Shown here: positions 40,786-51,927 of the stretch, in pieces
Position numbering within the stretch: position 1 is the stretch's first letter
Layout of the letters: the number at the start of each line of letters is the position of its first letter
DNA from: Nitrospirota bacterium
GTDB taxonomy: Bacteria > Nitrospirota > UBA9217
Direction: 5' to 3'
NCBI GenBank assembly: GCA_963818475.1
Contig: CAWFSF010000006.1
Span: forward strand, 736,001 to 800,000
DNA length: 64,000 bases
The notes under the pieces: model-generated
Told to the model about the DNA's origin: nothing
Databases searched by the model: none
What the model saw: the letters and a program-made list of their open reading frames with translations, nothing else
Position numbers and translations under genes: made by a program

Positions 40786-41652
40786 ATGGCGAAAATTCTT
40801 GAAAAACGGCTCATTCGCAAGCCCGATGTCTTTTACTACAAGATCGCGGCTCCGCTGATCTCGAAGAAGGCCCTGCCAGGCCAGTTCGTCATTATCCGCC
40901 TGCATGACAAAGGCGAACGGATCCCACTCTCTCTTGCCGCTATTGACCCCGCAGAAGGGACAATCAGCCTGATCGTGATGTCGGTCGGGAAGACCACGCA
41001 TCAGTTCTCCACGTTCAATGCCGGAGATGATATCCTCGATCTCTGCGGTCCCCTCGGCCAGCCCACCCATGTGGAAAACGTGGGGAGGGTGGTGCTGGTG
41101 GGCGGCGGTTTTGGTGTGGCGCCGCTCTATCCCATCGCCCGTGCGTTCAAGGAAGCCGGGAACGCGGTAACGGTCGTCATGGGCGCCCGCAGCAGCGATC
41201 TCCTCATCTACGAGCAGGAAATGCAGCAGGTTGCTGACCGGGTGGTCATTACGACTGACGATGGGAGCAGGGGGATGAAGGGCGTGGTGACCACCGCGCT
41301 CGTGCAGGAACTGGAGCAGCGCGGCGCGGACCTGGTCGTCTGCGTCGGCCCTGCGATAATGATGAAATTCGTGGCCGATGCCACGAAGCCCTTTAAGGTC
41401 CCGACCATAGTCAGCCTGAATCCGATCATGGTCGATGGCACCGGCATGTGCGGCGGGTGCCGGGTGACCGTCGGCGGTGTTACCAAGTTCGCCTGTGTGG
41501 ACGGCCCGGAATTTGACGGGCACCTGGTGGATTGGGAATCGCTGATGCAGCGTCAGAAGGGATATCACCGGGAAGAGCGGGAATCCTTTGACGCCTGGAA
41601 GGACCGGCACCAGCGCATGCTCGATAAAGATCATCAACCCCTCTGCGAATAG
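40786..41652 (+). CDS. nfnA: Electron-bifurcating transhydrogenase small subunit (NfnA/SudB)
   Basis: GERIPLS; GPLG; GGGFG; MVDGTGMCGGCRV..CVDGPEF. Confidence 0.9.
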   Translation: MAKILEKRLIRKPDVFYYKIAAPLISKKALPGQFVIIRLHDKGERIPLSLAAIDPAEGTISLIVMSVGKTTHQFSTFNAGDDILDLCGPLGQPTHVENVGRVVLVGGGFGVAPLYPIARAFKEAGNAVTVVMGARSSDLLIYEQEMQQVADRVVITTDDGSRGMKGVVTTALVQELEQRGADLVVCVGPAIMMKFVADATKPFKVPTIVSLNPIMVDGTGMCGGCRVTVGGVTKFACVDGPEFDGHLVDWESLMQRQKGYHREERESFDAWKDRHQRMLDKDHQPLCE

Positions 41653-41665
41653 GAACGGTAGCTTC

Positions 41666-43090
41666 ATGACTGACTCCCCGGCGGCAAAACGTACGGCCGC
41701 AAAAAAAATAGCGCCTCAGAAAACCCCCATTCCGGAGCAGGATCCGCAGACACGCCGTTCCAACTTCGGCGAAGTATCTCTGGGATACACCCCTGAGCAG
41801 GCTAAACTTGAGGCGGGACGCTGTCTGAACTGCGCCAAGCCGACCTGCGTTTCCGGCTGCCCCGTCGGCGTGCCGATTCCGCGCTTCATTCAGGCGCTGA
41901 AAAGCGACAATATCAGTGCGGCCCTCGATATCATCAAAGAAGCGAACCTGCTTCCTGCGGTCTGCGGCCGCGTCTGCCCGCAGGAGAGCCAGTGCGAGCA
42001 GCGCTGCACCCTGGGCAAGAAGTTCGAACCCGTGGCCATCGGCAGGCTGGAGCGCTTCGCCGCGGACTGGATCATGCAAAGCGGCCTCACGGAAGTCCCG
42101 AAGATCGCTCCGTCAACCGGCAGGCGGGTGGCTATCGTGGGAAGCGGACCGGCCGGACTGGCCTGCGCTTTTGAACTTGCCAAGGCGGGCCACGCCGTCA
42201 CCATCTATGAGGCTTTTCATGAAGCGGGCGGCGTTCTCCTGTACGGCATCCCCGAGTTCAGGCTGCCGAAACGGATCGTTGCCGCAGAGATCGAGGTGCT
42301 CAGAACGATGGGAGTGCAGATCGTGGCGAACGCTGTGGTCGGCAGGCTCGTTTCCGTTGATGAGCTCCTCGCTGAGTTCGATGCCTGTTTCATTGCCACC
42401 GGAGCGGGGACGCCGAAGTTCATGTGCATCGAAGGCGAGAACCTCAATGGCGTCTATTCGGCCAACGAATTCCTTACCCGCATCAATTTCATGCGCTCGC
42501 ACTCCTTTCCCGATTACGATACCCCCATCAAGAAGGGACAGCACGTCGCTGTTGTCGGCGGCGGCAATGTGGCCATGGATTCCGTGCGAACGGCGCTTCG
42601 CCTGGGCGCCCGCGAAGGGATCATCGTCTACCGCCGGTCCGAGGAGGAGATGCCGGCCCGGCGTGAGGAGGTCCATCATGCACGGGAGGAAGGCGTGCGC
42701 TTCGAGCTCCTGACCGATATCGTCCGCATCATCGGCAGCGAAGGGTTCGTCACCGGGATCGAATGCGTCAGGATGGGTTTGGGAGAACCGGATGCCGGCG
42801 GCCGGAGAAAACCGGTCAAGATCAAAGGCTCCGAGTTCCGGATCCCCGTGGACATGGTCATCATGTCCATTGGAACCAATCCTAATCCCCTGGTCCCGCA
42901 GAGCACCAGGGACCTGGCGCTGACCACCTGGGGTTATATCGTTGCCGACGACAAAACCGGCGAAACAAGCCGTCCCGGATTGTATGCCGGCGGCGATATT
43001 GTTACGGGTTCGGCAACGGTTATCTCCGCCATGGGGGCCGGCAGACGGGCAGCCGGGGCCATTCATGACTATGTCATGAGGAAACAGTAA
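41666..43090 (+). CDS. nfnB: Transhydrogenase large subunit (NfnB/SudA, GltD-like)
   Basis: RCLNC..CVSGCP; CGRVCPQESQCE; GSGPAG; GGGNVAMD; follows nfnA. Confidence 0.88.
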   Translation: MTDSPAAKRTAAKKIAPQKTPIPEQDPQTRRSNFGEVSLGYTPEQAKLEAGRCLNCAKPTCVSGCPVGVPIPRFIQALKSDNISAALDIIKEANLLPAVCGRVCPQESQCEQRCTLGKKFEPVAIGRLERFAADWIMQSGLTEVPKIAPSTGRRVAIVGSGPAGLACAFELAKAGHAVTIYEAFHEAGGVLLYGIPEFRLPKRIVAAEIEVLRTMGVQIVANAVVGRLVSVDELLAEFDACFIATGAGTPKFMCIEGENLNGVYSANEFLTRINFMRSHSFPDYDTPIKKGQHVAVVGGGNVAMDSVRTALRLGAREGIIVYRRSEEEMPARREEVHHAREEGVRFELLTDIVRIIGSEGFVTGIECVRMGLGEPDAGGRRKPVKIKGSEFRIPVDMVIMSIGTNPNPLVPQSTRDLALTTWGYIVADDKTGETSRPGLYAGGDIVTGSATVISAMGAGRRAAGAIHDYVMRKQ

Positions 43091-43157
43091 ACTCCTTGAC
43101 AGCCTATAGACGTTATGCTAAGTTAGCCGAACCTTTTACTTGCCGCAGGAGGTAGCA

Positions 43158-44662
43158 TTGGAACGACAAAAAGGAATTGTTGAAATTGTTGCGGAGAAGG
43201 TCTGGAAGTTCTTCTCGTCAGTGAAGCTGGCTGTCATTCTGCTCATTATCCTGGCGATCGTTTCGGTCATCGGCACGGTGATACAGCAGAACGAGTCTCC
43301 TGAAAAGTATCTGCAGGAATACAGCGAGACCACGGTCCAGCTGTTCGAAATGCTCGGTTTCTTCGATATGTATCACACGTGGTGGTTCGTGATCCTGCTG
43401 TTCCTGCTCACGGCAAATCTGACGGTCTGCACGCTCGAACGCTTGCCGCATACCTTAAAGATCATGACCGCGCCGCTGAAGCCGATCGATGACGAGGGAT
43501 TGAAGGTATTGCAGCTCAAGAAAGAGCTCACCGTGAAAGGCGGGATGGAAAAGGCCGAAGAGCGCGTTCTCAAGGTGTTCAAGGCCCACGGGTACCGGCC
43601 GCTCGAAACGCGGAGCGCCGGGCTCTTCCAGCTGGCGGCACAGAAGGGCGTCTACAGCAGGCTCGGCGTCTATGTCACGCACCTCAGCATTATCCTCATC
43701 TTTGTCGGCGCCTTGACCGGCGCATTCTTCGGGTTCAAGGCGTTCCTGAACCTTCCCGAGGGACAGGCTTCCGACAGTGGTCTATCTCAGGAACGAACCC
43801 ATGTGGGACCAGATCATGGCAGCTCTCGGCATCGCCAAAAGCCCGGTGATCTACAATCCCGACGGCGGGGTGCCTGCCATGCCGCTGGGGTACTATGTGC
43901 ATTGCAACAGCTTTGATGTGGACTACTACCAGGGTCCCCAGGGCCCCACGGGCATGCCTTCGGAATACCACAGCACGCTCAGCGTCTACAACCTGGACAG
44001 AGAAAAGGTCCTTGATAAGCGCATCCGGGTGAACGACCCGCTTACCTACCGGGGCATCACCTTTTACCAATCCAGCTACGGGCCGATACCCGAGGCTCCC
44101 GGCACGGTCCAGTTGAACATCCGACCCAAGAACAGCACGGCACGCAGGAGAGACCGTTTCCATTGAAATGGGTCAGGCAGTGTATGTGCCGTCCATCAAA
44201 AGGACCATCAAGGCGACCAGCTTTGCGCCCTTAGGCATGAGAAACCCGGCCACGGGAGAGGTGCAGTTCTACCACAGCAATAACGACGAGTATATCAATC
44301 CGACGGTGGAGCTCGAGGTCCTGAACAACAACCGGACGGTCTACAAAACCTATGTCATGAAAACGGACAATGGTGCGCCTTATATGCCTGAGGACTATAT
44401 CATCAGCTTTGTCCACTACTTCGGCACACGCTATACGGGGCTGCAGGTCACCAAGGATCCCGGCGTATGGGTCGTGTATACGGGATTCATCATGCTCTGC
44501 ATCGGGCCGCTCATCGCCTTCTTTGGCTCGCACCGGAAGCTCTGGGTGCGCGTTCAGGACCGGAAGGGACAGGCTGTCGTGACCATCGCCGGATCGGCGA
44601 ACAGGAACCGTCTTGGCTTCGAACGCGTGTTTAACCAGATCGTGGAAGAGATCTCAAAGTAG
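43158..44662 (+). CDS. resB: Cytochrome c biogenesis protein ResB/Ccs1 (frameshifted)
   Basis: FSSVKLA..GTVIQQ; CTLER; THLSI; VNDPL..FYQSSY; GLQVTKDPG. Confidence 0.9.
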
Positions 44663-44676
44663 CATCGGAGGGATAG

Positions 44677-45931
44677 ATGGAAAGCTCCTTACTCTTTAAT
44701 ATTGCAACGCTGGCATATCTCGTGGCGATGGTGCTCTATATCAGCTTTCTCGCCTTCAAAAAGGACGGGATCGGCCTGACCGCAACGATCGTCACCTGCT
44801 GCAGGTTTCATCGTGCAGACCATCGCCCTGTTCAGCCGGTGGTGGGAATCCTACCAGATGGGCGCGGACATCGGCAGGGTCCCGCTTTCCAATCTCTATG
44901 AATCGCTGGTATTCTTCACCTGGAGCACGGTACTGATCTATCTTATCGTGGAGTACAAGTATAAGGCCCGGGCCTTCGGCGCCTTCGTGATGCCGGTCGC
45001 GTTCCTCGCGCTTGCTTTCATCAATGTGGCGGGCATCAGCAGCGATATCACCCCGCTTGTCCCGGCGCTCAAGAGCAACTGGCTTTTTTATCATGTGCTC
45101 ATCAGCTTCCTCGGCTACGCGGCGTTCGGCGTTGCTTTTGCCGTCAGCATGGTTTATCTGCTGATGAATACCGATGAACGGGGCAAGACGGCAAACTTGT
45201 TCTACGGCATCGGGGCACTGATCATACTGGCCGTGGCCGGTTACATGCTCACGAGCCTGAGCGCACAGTGGAAAACAGCTTTCTGGCTTGGTCTTGGCGT
45301 GCTGGTCCTTGCATGGTTCATTTACCTCATCGTGAACGGTGCAAATAATAAATCGCAGGTATTCCTGTTCTGGGCGGGCTGTGTGACCCTGGCCGTTGTG
45401 CTGCTGCTCGCCATGGGTGTCGATTTCGTGTATCTGATCACCTTCAAGAACATGGCATCAGGCGAGTCTTTCAAAAAACACCTGTTCGAAGGCACCTTTG
45501 TCAGTCATTCGACACCGGTCGTGATCCTGAGCTGGGCTGCCACGGTAGGCTTTTTCTGGCTTATCTGGTCCCAGGGGATGAAGCTCAAGACCCTGCTTAA
45601 ATCGTACATGCCGAACCTGGACCTGCTCGATGATGTGACCTACCGCATGATCGCCATTGGCTGGCCGCTTTTGACCGGCGGCATCATTACCGGCGCGGTC
45701 TGGGCGAACAGCGCCTGGGGAACCTACTGGAGCTGGGACCCGAAAGAGACCTGGTCGCTCATCACCTGGTTCGTCTATGCCATTTATCTGCATGCGCGGT
45801 ATGTGCGCGGCTGGAAGGGGACACAGATGGCGGTAATATCGGCTGTCGGTTTCCTCGCCGTGATCTTCACCTACCTCGGCGTGAACCTGGTGCTTTCGGG
45901 GCTGCATTCCTACGGAGGCATGGGGGAATAA
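44677..45931 (+). CDS. resC: Cytochrome c biogenesis protein ResC/CcsA with extra TM segments (frameshift near 44800)
   Basis: PLSNLYES; LVPALKSNWL..H; GAVWANSAWGTYWSWDPKETW; GLHSY. Confidence 0.92.
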
Positions 45932-45961
45932 AATAATAATACTTTATCCCGGTCATTCATG

Positions 45962-46008
45962 GGGCCGTTGTTCACAGCATGGCTGTGAACAACGGCCCTT
46001 TTTATTTT
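45962..46008 (+). terminator. Rho-independent terminator
   Basis: GGGCCGTTGTTCACAGC..GCTGTGAACAACGGCCC followed by a T-rich tail. Confidence 0.8.
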
Positions 46009-46113
46009 GTCCATATTTACAGGGCCTGATCGTTCCGCGTTTCCCCATTTGTTGATGGTGGTATAATTAATTATAAGCTCGGTATCCTGTATGCCACAAG
46101 AGGGAGGTGCCCT

Positions 46114-46500
46114 ATGAGAACGTTCGCATGCAAAAGTCTGGGAAATAACTGCACCTGGAAGCATATTGCTAAAACAGAAGAGCTCCTGGCCGATGTCGTG
46201 GCTCTCCATCTCAGAGAGGTTCACGGAATGAAGTCGCTGACGCCTGATCTGGTCGCCAAGATCAAGAACCTGTCGACGAACCCGGATCCGGTCGATATGG
46301 CGGCCGGGGAACAACTTGTGATGAAGGAGTTCAGGTGTCAGGACCTCGGAACTGCCTGTTCGTGGCGCTACGTTGCCCAGACCGAGGAATTGCTGGCAGA
46401 CGGCGTTGCCGTTCATGCACGGGAAGCACATGGCATTCGGGAGTTTACCCCTGAGCTTGTGGCTAAAGTGAAGATCTTGTCACACGAATGGCAAGGATAG
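46114..46500 (+). CDS. Tandem DUF1059 (small metal-binding) protein
   Basis: Two CxxLGxxCxW...TEELL...HxREvHG repeats. Confidence 0.85.
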   Translation: MRTFACKSLGNNCTWKHIAKTEELLADVVALHLREVHGMKSLTPDLVAKIKNLSTNPDPVDMAAGEQLVMKEFRCQDLGTACSWRYVAQTEELLADGVAVHAREAHGIREFTPELVAKVKILSHEWQG

Positions 46501-46603
46501 TGAGCGACAAGCGTGACGCCGTACTCTGTGGAGATGGGATTTTGTTCAGCATGACAGGAGTGAGTATTGACTCAGCGGTTTTCAGGATCGGAGACCGTGT
46601 ATC

Positions 46604-48163
46604 TTACCGCTTGAGCGTAATATCAACACGCTTGTCAATGGAATAGATCGGGTATGTCTTGAAGTCTTTTACCCAGGGTTGAATGACGTAATAATCCGCC
46701 CGGTGCCACATGAAGACCCAGGGTGCGTTCTGGACGATGCGGTCTTCAGCTTCCAGGTACAGTCGGAACCGCTTCGTATCACTGGTAGTTCGCTGGGCGG
46801 TTTCGATGATCCGGTCGAGGTCCTGGTCGATGAGGCGCGTTCGATTCCCGGAAGGGCCGACGCTTGATGAGTGGAACAACGGAAAAAGAAAGTTTTCGGG
46901 ATCAGGATAGTCGGCCCACCAGGAGAGCCAGAAAGCGTCCGGCTCTCCCTGGTTCACGGCATGTTTGAACGCACTCCAGTCAAGCTGGGTGATCTCCGCT
47001 TTAAGCCCCACCGCTGCAAGGTAGTTCTGTATCACTCCAACGATGTCCAACACTTCGGGATCTGCTGAAATAAAGATCCTGATCACCGCGCCGGTTGCTC
47101 CTGCCTGGCTGATAAGCGCTTTTGCCTTTTCCGGATCATAGGCGTACCCTCTGTCCAGGGAGGGCCGGATATTGTTCTTCCAGAGCCGCGGCGGTACAGG
47201 GCCGGTTGCCAGCACGCCGCGTTTTTCAAAGACCGTGTTCAGGATATGCCGGCGGTCGATGGCCATGTTCACTGCCTGGCGGACCCGCAGATCACTGAAG
47301 GGCGGCCGTGTGCAGTTCAGCCCCAGGTAGTAGCTGTTCAGCCCCGGGTTTCCGAAGACAAGGTCCCTCCAGGCAGGGTCGGTCGTAAAATGGCGGTATT
47401 CCGCCGAGGGGATCAGGAGCACGTCGAGCCTTCCGGTCTCGAACTCAAGCACCGCAGTGAGGTCTTCCGGGATCACGCGGTAGACGATGCCGTTCAGCTT
47501 CGATCTGCCGTCGTAGTAGTCTTCCCGGGCTTCAAGGATAAGGTCCTGACCGTGCTTCCATTCCCTGAGGACAAAGGGGCCGCTCCCTTGCGGGTGCGTC
47601 CCGAAGTCCTGGCCCAGGCGTTCAACCTCTTCGCTCGGCACGACATAGGCTGTTATCATGGCGAGCAGCGACAGAAAGGGGCCAAAGGGTTTTTCCAGCC
47701 TGAGCACCAGCGTATGGTCGTCCACGACCCGTATCCCCGAGACCGTTGCTGATTTTCCCGCGATGAAATCACCGGCGCCCTCGATCTTGTCGAGTACCCA
47801 GGTGAGCGGCGCTTTTGTTTTTGGGGTGAGCACGCGTTCAAAAGAATAGCGAAAGTCTTCCGCACGGACCGTTCTTCCGTTGCTGAACCGCACATCTTTT
47901 CTGAGATGGAAGGTGTAGGTCCGCTGGTCCTCCGAGAGGCTCCAGGAACGGGCGATGTCGGGTATGATCGTGAGGTTCTCGTCAAAGCGGACGAGCCCGT
48001 TAAAGAGCTTTGCCGCGATGCCGCCGCCCTGCACATCGGTAATCAGCGCCGGATCGAGGGTTGTGGGATTCGAGTTCAGGCGAAGATAGAGATGGTTGGG
48101 AAGCTTGCCTTCATCACGAGGCTGACAGCCGGCAATACAGACGGTCAGGAGGAGGGAAAGCAT
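46604..48163 (-). CDS. ABC transporter substrate-binding lipoprotein, family 5
   Basis: IAGC lipobox; PTTLDPA; GSGPF; VRQAVNMAIDR; WWADYPDP. Confidence 0.92.
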   Translation of the reverse strand: MLSLLLTVCIAGCQPRDEGKLPNHLYLRLNSNPTTLDPALITDVQGGGIAAKLFNGLVRFDENLTIIPDIARSWSLSEDQRTYTFHLRKDVRFSNGRTVRAEDFRYSFERVLTPKTKAPLTWVLDKIEGAGDFIAGKSATVSGIRVVDDHTLVLRLEKPFGPFLSLLAMITAYVVPSEEVERLGQDFGTHPQGSGPFVLREWKHGQDLILEAREDYYDGRSKLNGIVYRVIPEDLTAVLEFETGRLDVLLIPSAEYRHFTTDPAWRDLVFGNPGLNSYYLGLNCTRPPFSDLRVRQAVNMAIDRRHILNTVFEKRGVLATGPVPPRLWKNNIRPSLDRGYAYDPEKAKALISQAGATGAVIRIFISADPEVLDIVGVIQNYLAAVGLKAEITQLDWSAFKHAVNQGEPDAFWLSWWADYPDPENFLFPLFHSSSVGPSGNRTRLIDQDLDRIIETAQRTTSDTKRFRLYLEAEDRIVQNAPWVFMWHRADYYVIQPWVKDFKTYPIYSIDKRVDITLKR

Positions 48164-48197
48164 GAGCGGAGAAAATAGCGCGGTCGTTCGCCCGTTC

Positions 48198-48905
48198 CTA
48201 CTTTTTCGCGGCGACAATAAGTGCTTTAAATAGTTTCTTGGTGAAGCGGTCATGGTTCGTCTTTTCCGGGTGCCACTGCACGGCGATGAGAAAGTTCTTG
48301 CCACGGGACTCCAGTGCTTCGACCACACCGTCATGGGCTACCGCAGACAGCTTGAGGCTTCTGCCCGGGTTTTTCACGCTCTGGTGATGCGCGCTCCTGA
48401 CGCGCACGGTGTCTGCACCCATGATGCTGAACAGCCGGGTGCCTTCGATGATATCCGCCGGGTGGAAGACCTTTACACCGCTTTTCGCGGGTCCGTGCAT
48501 TTGTGCTTTCGGGACCTGCAGGAGCAGATCCTGATAGAGGGTGCCGCCCAGTGCTACATTGATGAGCTGCGTGCCGTGACAGATAGCGAGCACGGGTTTT
48601 TTCGCCGCGGCTGCGGCGGTGAACAGCTGGATCTCGAAGCGAGTGCGCTCATCAGGAGAGAACGTCATGCGTGCAGCCGGCAGCGGTTTTTCCTTGTAGA
48701 AGCGCGGATGAATGTCATCACCGCCGGTAAATACGAAGCCGTCCAGGTGCTTAACGATGTCGGGTATCGCTGATTCTACCCCCATGATCGGAACAGGAAT
48801 TCCACCGGCCAGCAGCACCGCTTTGCCGTAATCCTGATCGAGGATGTTCAGATTTCTCGTGGGCTGGACCTCGAGATTCATGGTGATGCCGATGAGCGGT
48901 TTCAT
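48198..48905 (-). CDS. Peptidase C26 / PuuD-like gamma-glutamyl hydrolase
   Basis: TGGDDI; LAICHG; HHQ; VQWHPE. Confidence 0.9.
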   Translation of the reverse strand: MKPLIGITMNLEVQPTRNLNILDQDYGKAVLLAGGIPVPIMGVESAIPDIVKHLDGFVFTGGDDIHPRFYKEKPLPAARMTFSPDERTRFEIQLFTAAAAAKKPVLAICHGTQLINVALGGTLYQDLLLQVPKAQMHGPAKSGVKVFHPADIIEGTRLFSIMGADTVRVRSAHHQSVKNPGRSLKLSAVAHDGVVEALESRGKNFLIAVQWHPEKTNHDRFTKKLFKALIVAAKK

Positions 48906-49080
48906 GGGCTGACCTCCAAAAAATGTGTTGGCAAATCAATTTATGTATACCACATTTTTAGAGGAATGTCACTTAAGTTTTTATTTTTCAATGACTTATG
49001 TAAAGCTACAGTTAGCTATATACCTGTTCTCTTAATTTTAAGCGTTCGAGGCCGCTATACCATCATCCTATAAACGGCAG

Positions 49081-49253
49081 TTGGCCGCAGATTTACGCAG
49101 ATTCACGCAGATAAAAAATCAGGCATTCAGGATTAAAGAAGTTTCACCCCTGGGGTGAGTCTTTTATCATGTTAATAGGATTTGTTTTGTAAGTTTTTAT
49201 CCGCGTTTATCCGATTTCGCTTAGAAGCGCCTACTTCTGGTATCTGCGGCCAA
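49081..49253. repeat. Palindromic element with CGCAGAT repeats
   Basis: TTGGCCGCAGATTTACGCAGATTCACGCAGAT...ATCTGCGGCCAA. Confidence 0.8.
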
Positions 49254-49268
49254 ATGCTTTTTTCAGGA

Positions 49269-50192
49269 TCATTTCTTTATCAGCATCTCAAGAACGGCTT
49301 TCTGCGTATGCAGCCGGTTCTCAGCTTCATCGAACACGACTGACTGCGGTCCGTCGATCACGTCAGCAGCGATCTCTTCTCCCCGGTGCGCCGGCAGGCA
49401 GTGCATCACGATGGCGTCAGGCGAGGCGGCCTTCAGCAGCTTCCCGTCGATCTGGTAGCCCTGGAACGCTTTGACCCGCTTTGCATGCTCCGCTTCCTGC
49501 CCCATGCTTGCCCAGACGTCGGTGTAGAGGACATCGGCCTTCATGACCGCCTGGTAGGGATCGCTTGTTGTTTCGATGCATGAGCCGGTCTCCCTGGCCA
49601 CAGCCCGTGCCTCAGAGAGGATCGAGGGGTTCAGTTCGTATCCCTGCGGGCAGGCGATGGAAAAATGCATGCCGGTCTTGACGCACGCCTCAAGCAGCGA
49701 GTTGGCGACATTGTTCCCGTCGCCGATATAGGCAAGCTTGAGCCCCTTGAGGCCGCCTTTTTTCTCCTGGATCGTGAAGAGGTCTGCCAGGGCCTGGCAG
49801 GGGTGGTGCAGGTCGGTCAGGCCGTTGATCACCGGAATGGAGGCATGGAGCGCCAGTTCCTCGACCATTTCCTGGGCAAAGGTGCGGATCATGATGCCGT
49901 CAAGATAGCGCGAAAGCACGCGCGCCGTATCTGCCACGGGTTCGCCCCGGCCGATCTGCAGGTCGTTCGACGAGAGGAACAGGGCCTGGCCGCCGAGCTG
50001 GTACATGCCGACCTCGAAGGACACCCGTGTTCTTGTCGATGATTTTTCAAAGATCATGCCCAGAGATTTGTTGGCAAGGGGGTGGTGCACGATACCCTGC
50101 TTTTGCATCTGTTTGAGCGCTGCGGAGCGGTCGATAATGGCATTCACTTCATCCGGTGTCAGTTTCGATATGGTAAGCAGGTCTTTCTTCAT
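49269..50192 (-). CDS. argF: Ornithine carbamoyltransferase
   Basis: STRTR; HPCQ; SMG; HCLP. Confidence 0.96.
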   Translation of the reverse strand: MKKDLLTISKLTPDEVNAIIDRSAALKQMQKQGIVHHPLANKSLGMIFEKSSTRTRVSFEVGMYQLGGQALFLSSNDLQIGRGEPVADTARVLSRYLDGIMIRTFAQEMVEELALHASIPVINGLTDLHHPCQALADLFTIQEKKGGLKGLKLAYIGDGNNVANSLLEACVKTGMHFSIACPQGYELNPSILSEARAVARETGSCIETTSDPYQAVMKADVLYTDVWASMGQEAEHAKRVKAFQGYQIDGKLLKAASPDAIVMHCLPAHRGEEIAADVIDGPQSVVFDEAENRLHTQKAVLEMLIKK

Positions 50193-50312
50193 AGGTCTCC
50201 AATTCACTCCCTGGCCGATCTGCCGCAACCGGCTTCTCATTTACCGGGGGCATAAAAGTAAGAGGCGGCTCGTACCGCAGCCGCCTTGAGAAAAAAAGAG
50301 GTAACGCCGTTA

Positions 50313-51508
50313 TCAGCGTTTTGAGAATATCGTTGCCAGGGCATCGATCAGCTGATCGATCTCTTCAGTGGACACGATGAGCGGCGGCATGAAGCGCAGT
50401 ACGTTGTCCATGGTGCAGTTGATCAGGAGGCCTTCCTTGAGGCAGGCAGTAACGATATCCTTGCACTCGAAATCGAGCTCCATGCCGATCAGCAGACCCT
50501 TGCCCTCGCACATTCTTTACGAACCCGAATCGTTTTTTCAGGTTTTCCAGGCCCTCAAGGAAGTGCTGACCGTGCTGTTCAACGGCCGGAAGCAGGATGT
50601 TGTCCTCAAGGAGCGCGTCGAGCGAAGCTATCGCTGCTGCACAGGCGAGGGGATTGCCGCCGAAGGTCGAGCCGTGCGATCCCGGCGTGAAGGCCTGGGC
50701 GGCCTTGTCCGTGGCCAGCAGGGCGCCGATGGCCATGCCCGCGCCGAGCCCCTTGGCGAGCGCCGCAACATCGGGCGCGACACCCGTGTGCTCGTAGGCG
50801 AAGAGCTTCCCGGTCCGGCCCATGCCGGTCTGTACTTCATCGAGCATGAGCAGCAGGTTGTGCCGGTCGCAGATATCGCGCAGGGCTTTCAAGATATCCG
50901 GCTGCCGGCACGTTGACGCCGCCCTCACCCTGGATCGGTTCGACCAGGACAGCGCAGGTATGCTCGTTGACCGCCCGCTCGACAGCATCGGCGTCGTTAT
51001 AGGGCACATACCGGAAGCCGTCGACGAGCGGTTCAAAGGTCTTGTGAAATTTTTCCTGGGCCGTTGCGGCCAGTGCTCCCATCGTCCGGCCGTGGAACGA
51101 TCCGCGCATGGTGATGATCTCGAAACGGTTCAGGTGCAGCACCTCACGGCTGTAGCGCCGCGCCAGCTTGATGGCCGCCTCAATCGCTTCCGTTCCCGAA
51201 TTGCAGAAAAAGGCCTTGTCGCCGAAAGAGTTCTGGACGAGCATCTTGGCGAGGTTGATCTGCGGCTCATTATGGTAGTGGTTCGATACATGCATGAGCC
51301 GCTGGGCCTGCTTCTGGAGCGCGACGACGACGCGCGGATGGCAGTGGCCGAGGTTGTTCACGGCCACGCCGGATACGAAATCGAGGTACTCCCTGCCATC
51401 GGAGTCGTAAACCTTCATGCCCCGACCCTTGACGAGCACGAGCGGCTGCCTGCCGTAGGTGTTCATGATGTATTTCTGAGAGTCCGCTATGATGTCGCTC
51501 GTGATCAT
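50313..51508 (-). CDS. argD: Acetylornithine aminotransferase (frameshifted)
   Basis: MNTYGR; NSGTEA; FHGRT; EPIQGEGG; DEVQTG; LAKGLG; HGSTFGGNP. Confidence 0.93.
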
Positions 51509-51569
51509 GATGGGCAAAAGTATCACAAGAAAGCTTAAAAATCAAATATAAAATGGGTATCTGTTGTTA

Positions 51570-51761
51570 TCAAGAACAGGGGGAAACGCGTGGCCGCAGC
51601 GGAATAGAATCCAGCGGACTCTTCCTCTTTGGATATTTTACGCGAAAATCGAGATAATATCTGAGCCACTTTCGGTAGTGAGGGCGAAGAATGAGGGGAA
51701 TTGCCCTATGTGCCATGACTGCGTCGAAGGGTCTTAAAATTCCGTTCGGGATAGGGAGCAT
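51570..51761 (-). pseudogene. intI: Internally deleted integron integrase
   Basis: HYRKWLRYYLDF resembles an IntI N-terminal domain and is joined to a KSPLD C-terminal signature; divergent attI-like site. Confidence 0.6.
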
Positions 51762-51849
51762 AGGACACCAATCGCTGCACATTTTTTGATTCGAATAAGC
51801 CATGTAACCGGATTATTCTTATATAACGTTTTTCTGGAATAGTTAAGTC

Positions 51850-51921
51850 AAAATTATCGTAAGTCGTTGACTTAACTTAAATTCAATGATAGAGTCCCGT
51901 TCATATAATCACTGGTTAGAT
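51850..51921 (+). other. attI-like region
   Basis: AT-rich region divergent from the intI remnant, ending TATAAT...GTTAGAT with an ATG 7 bp later. Confidence 0.55.
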
Positions 51922-51927
51922 TCCGCA

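Noticed and set aside
41666-43090. Glutamate synthase small subunit (gltD)
   Set aside because: No gltB is present, and the upstream NfnA/SudB partner indicates an NfnAB transhydrogenase.
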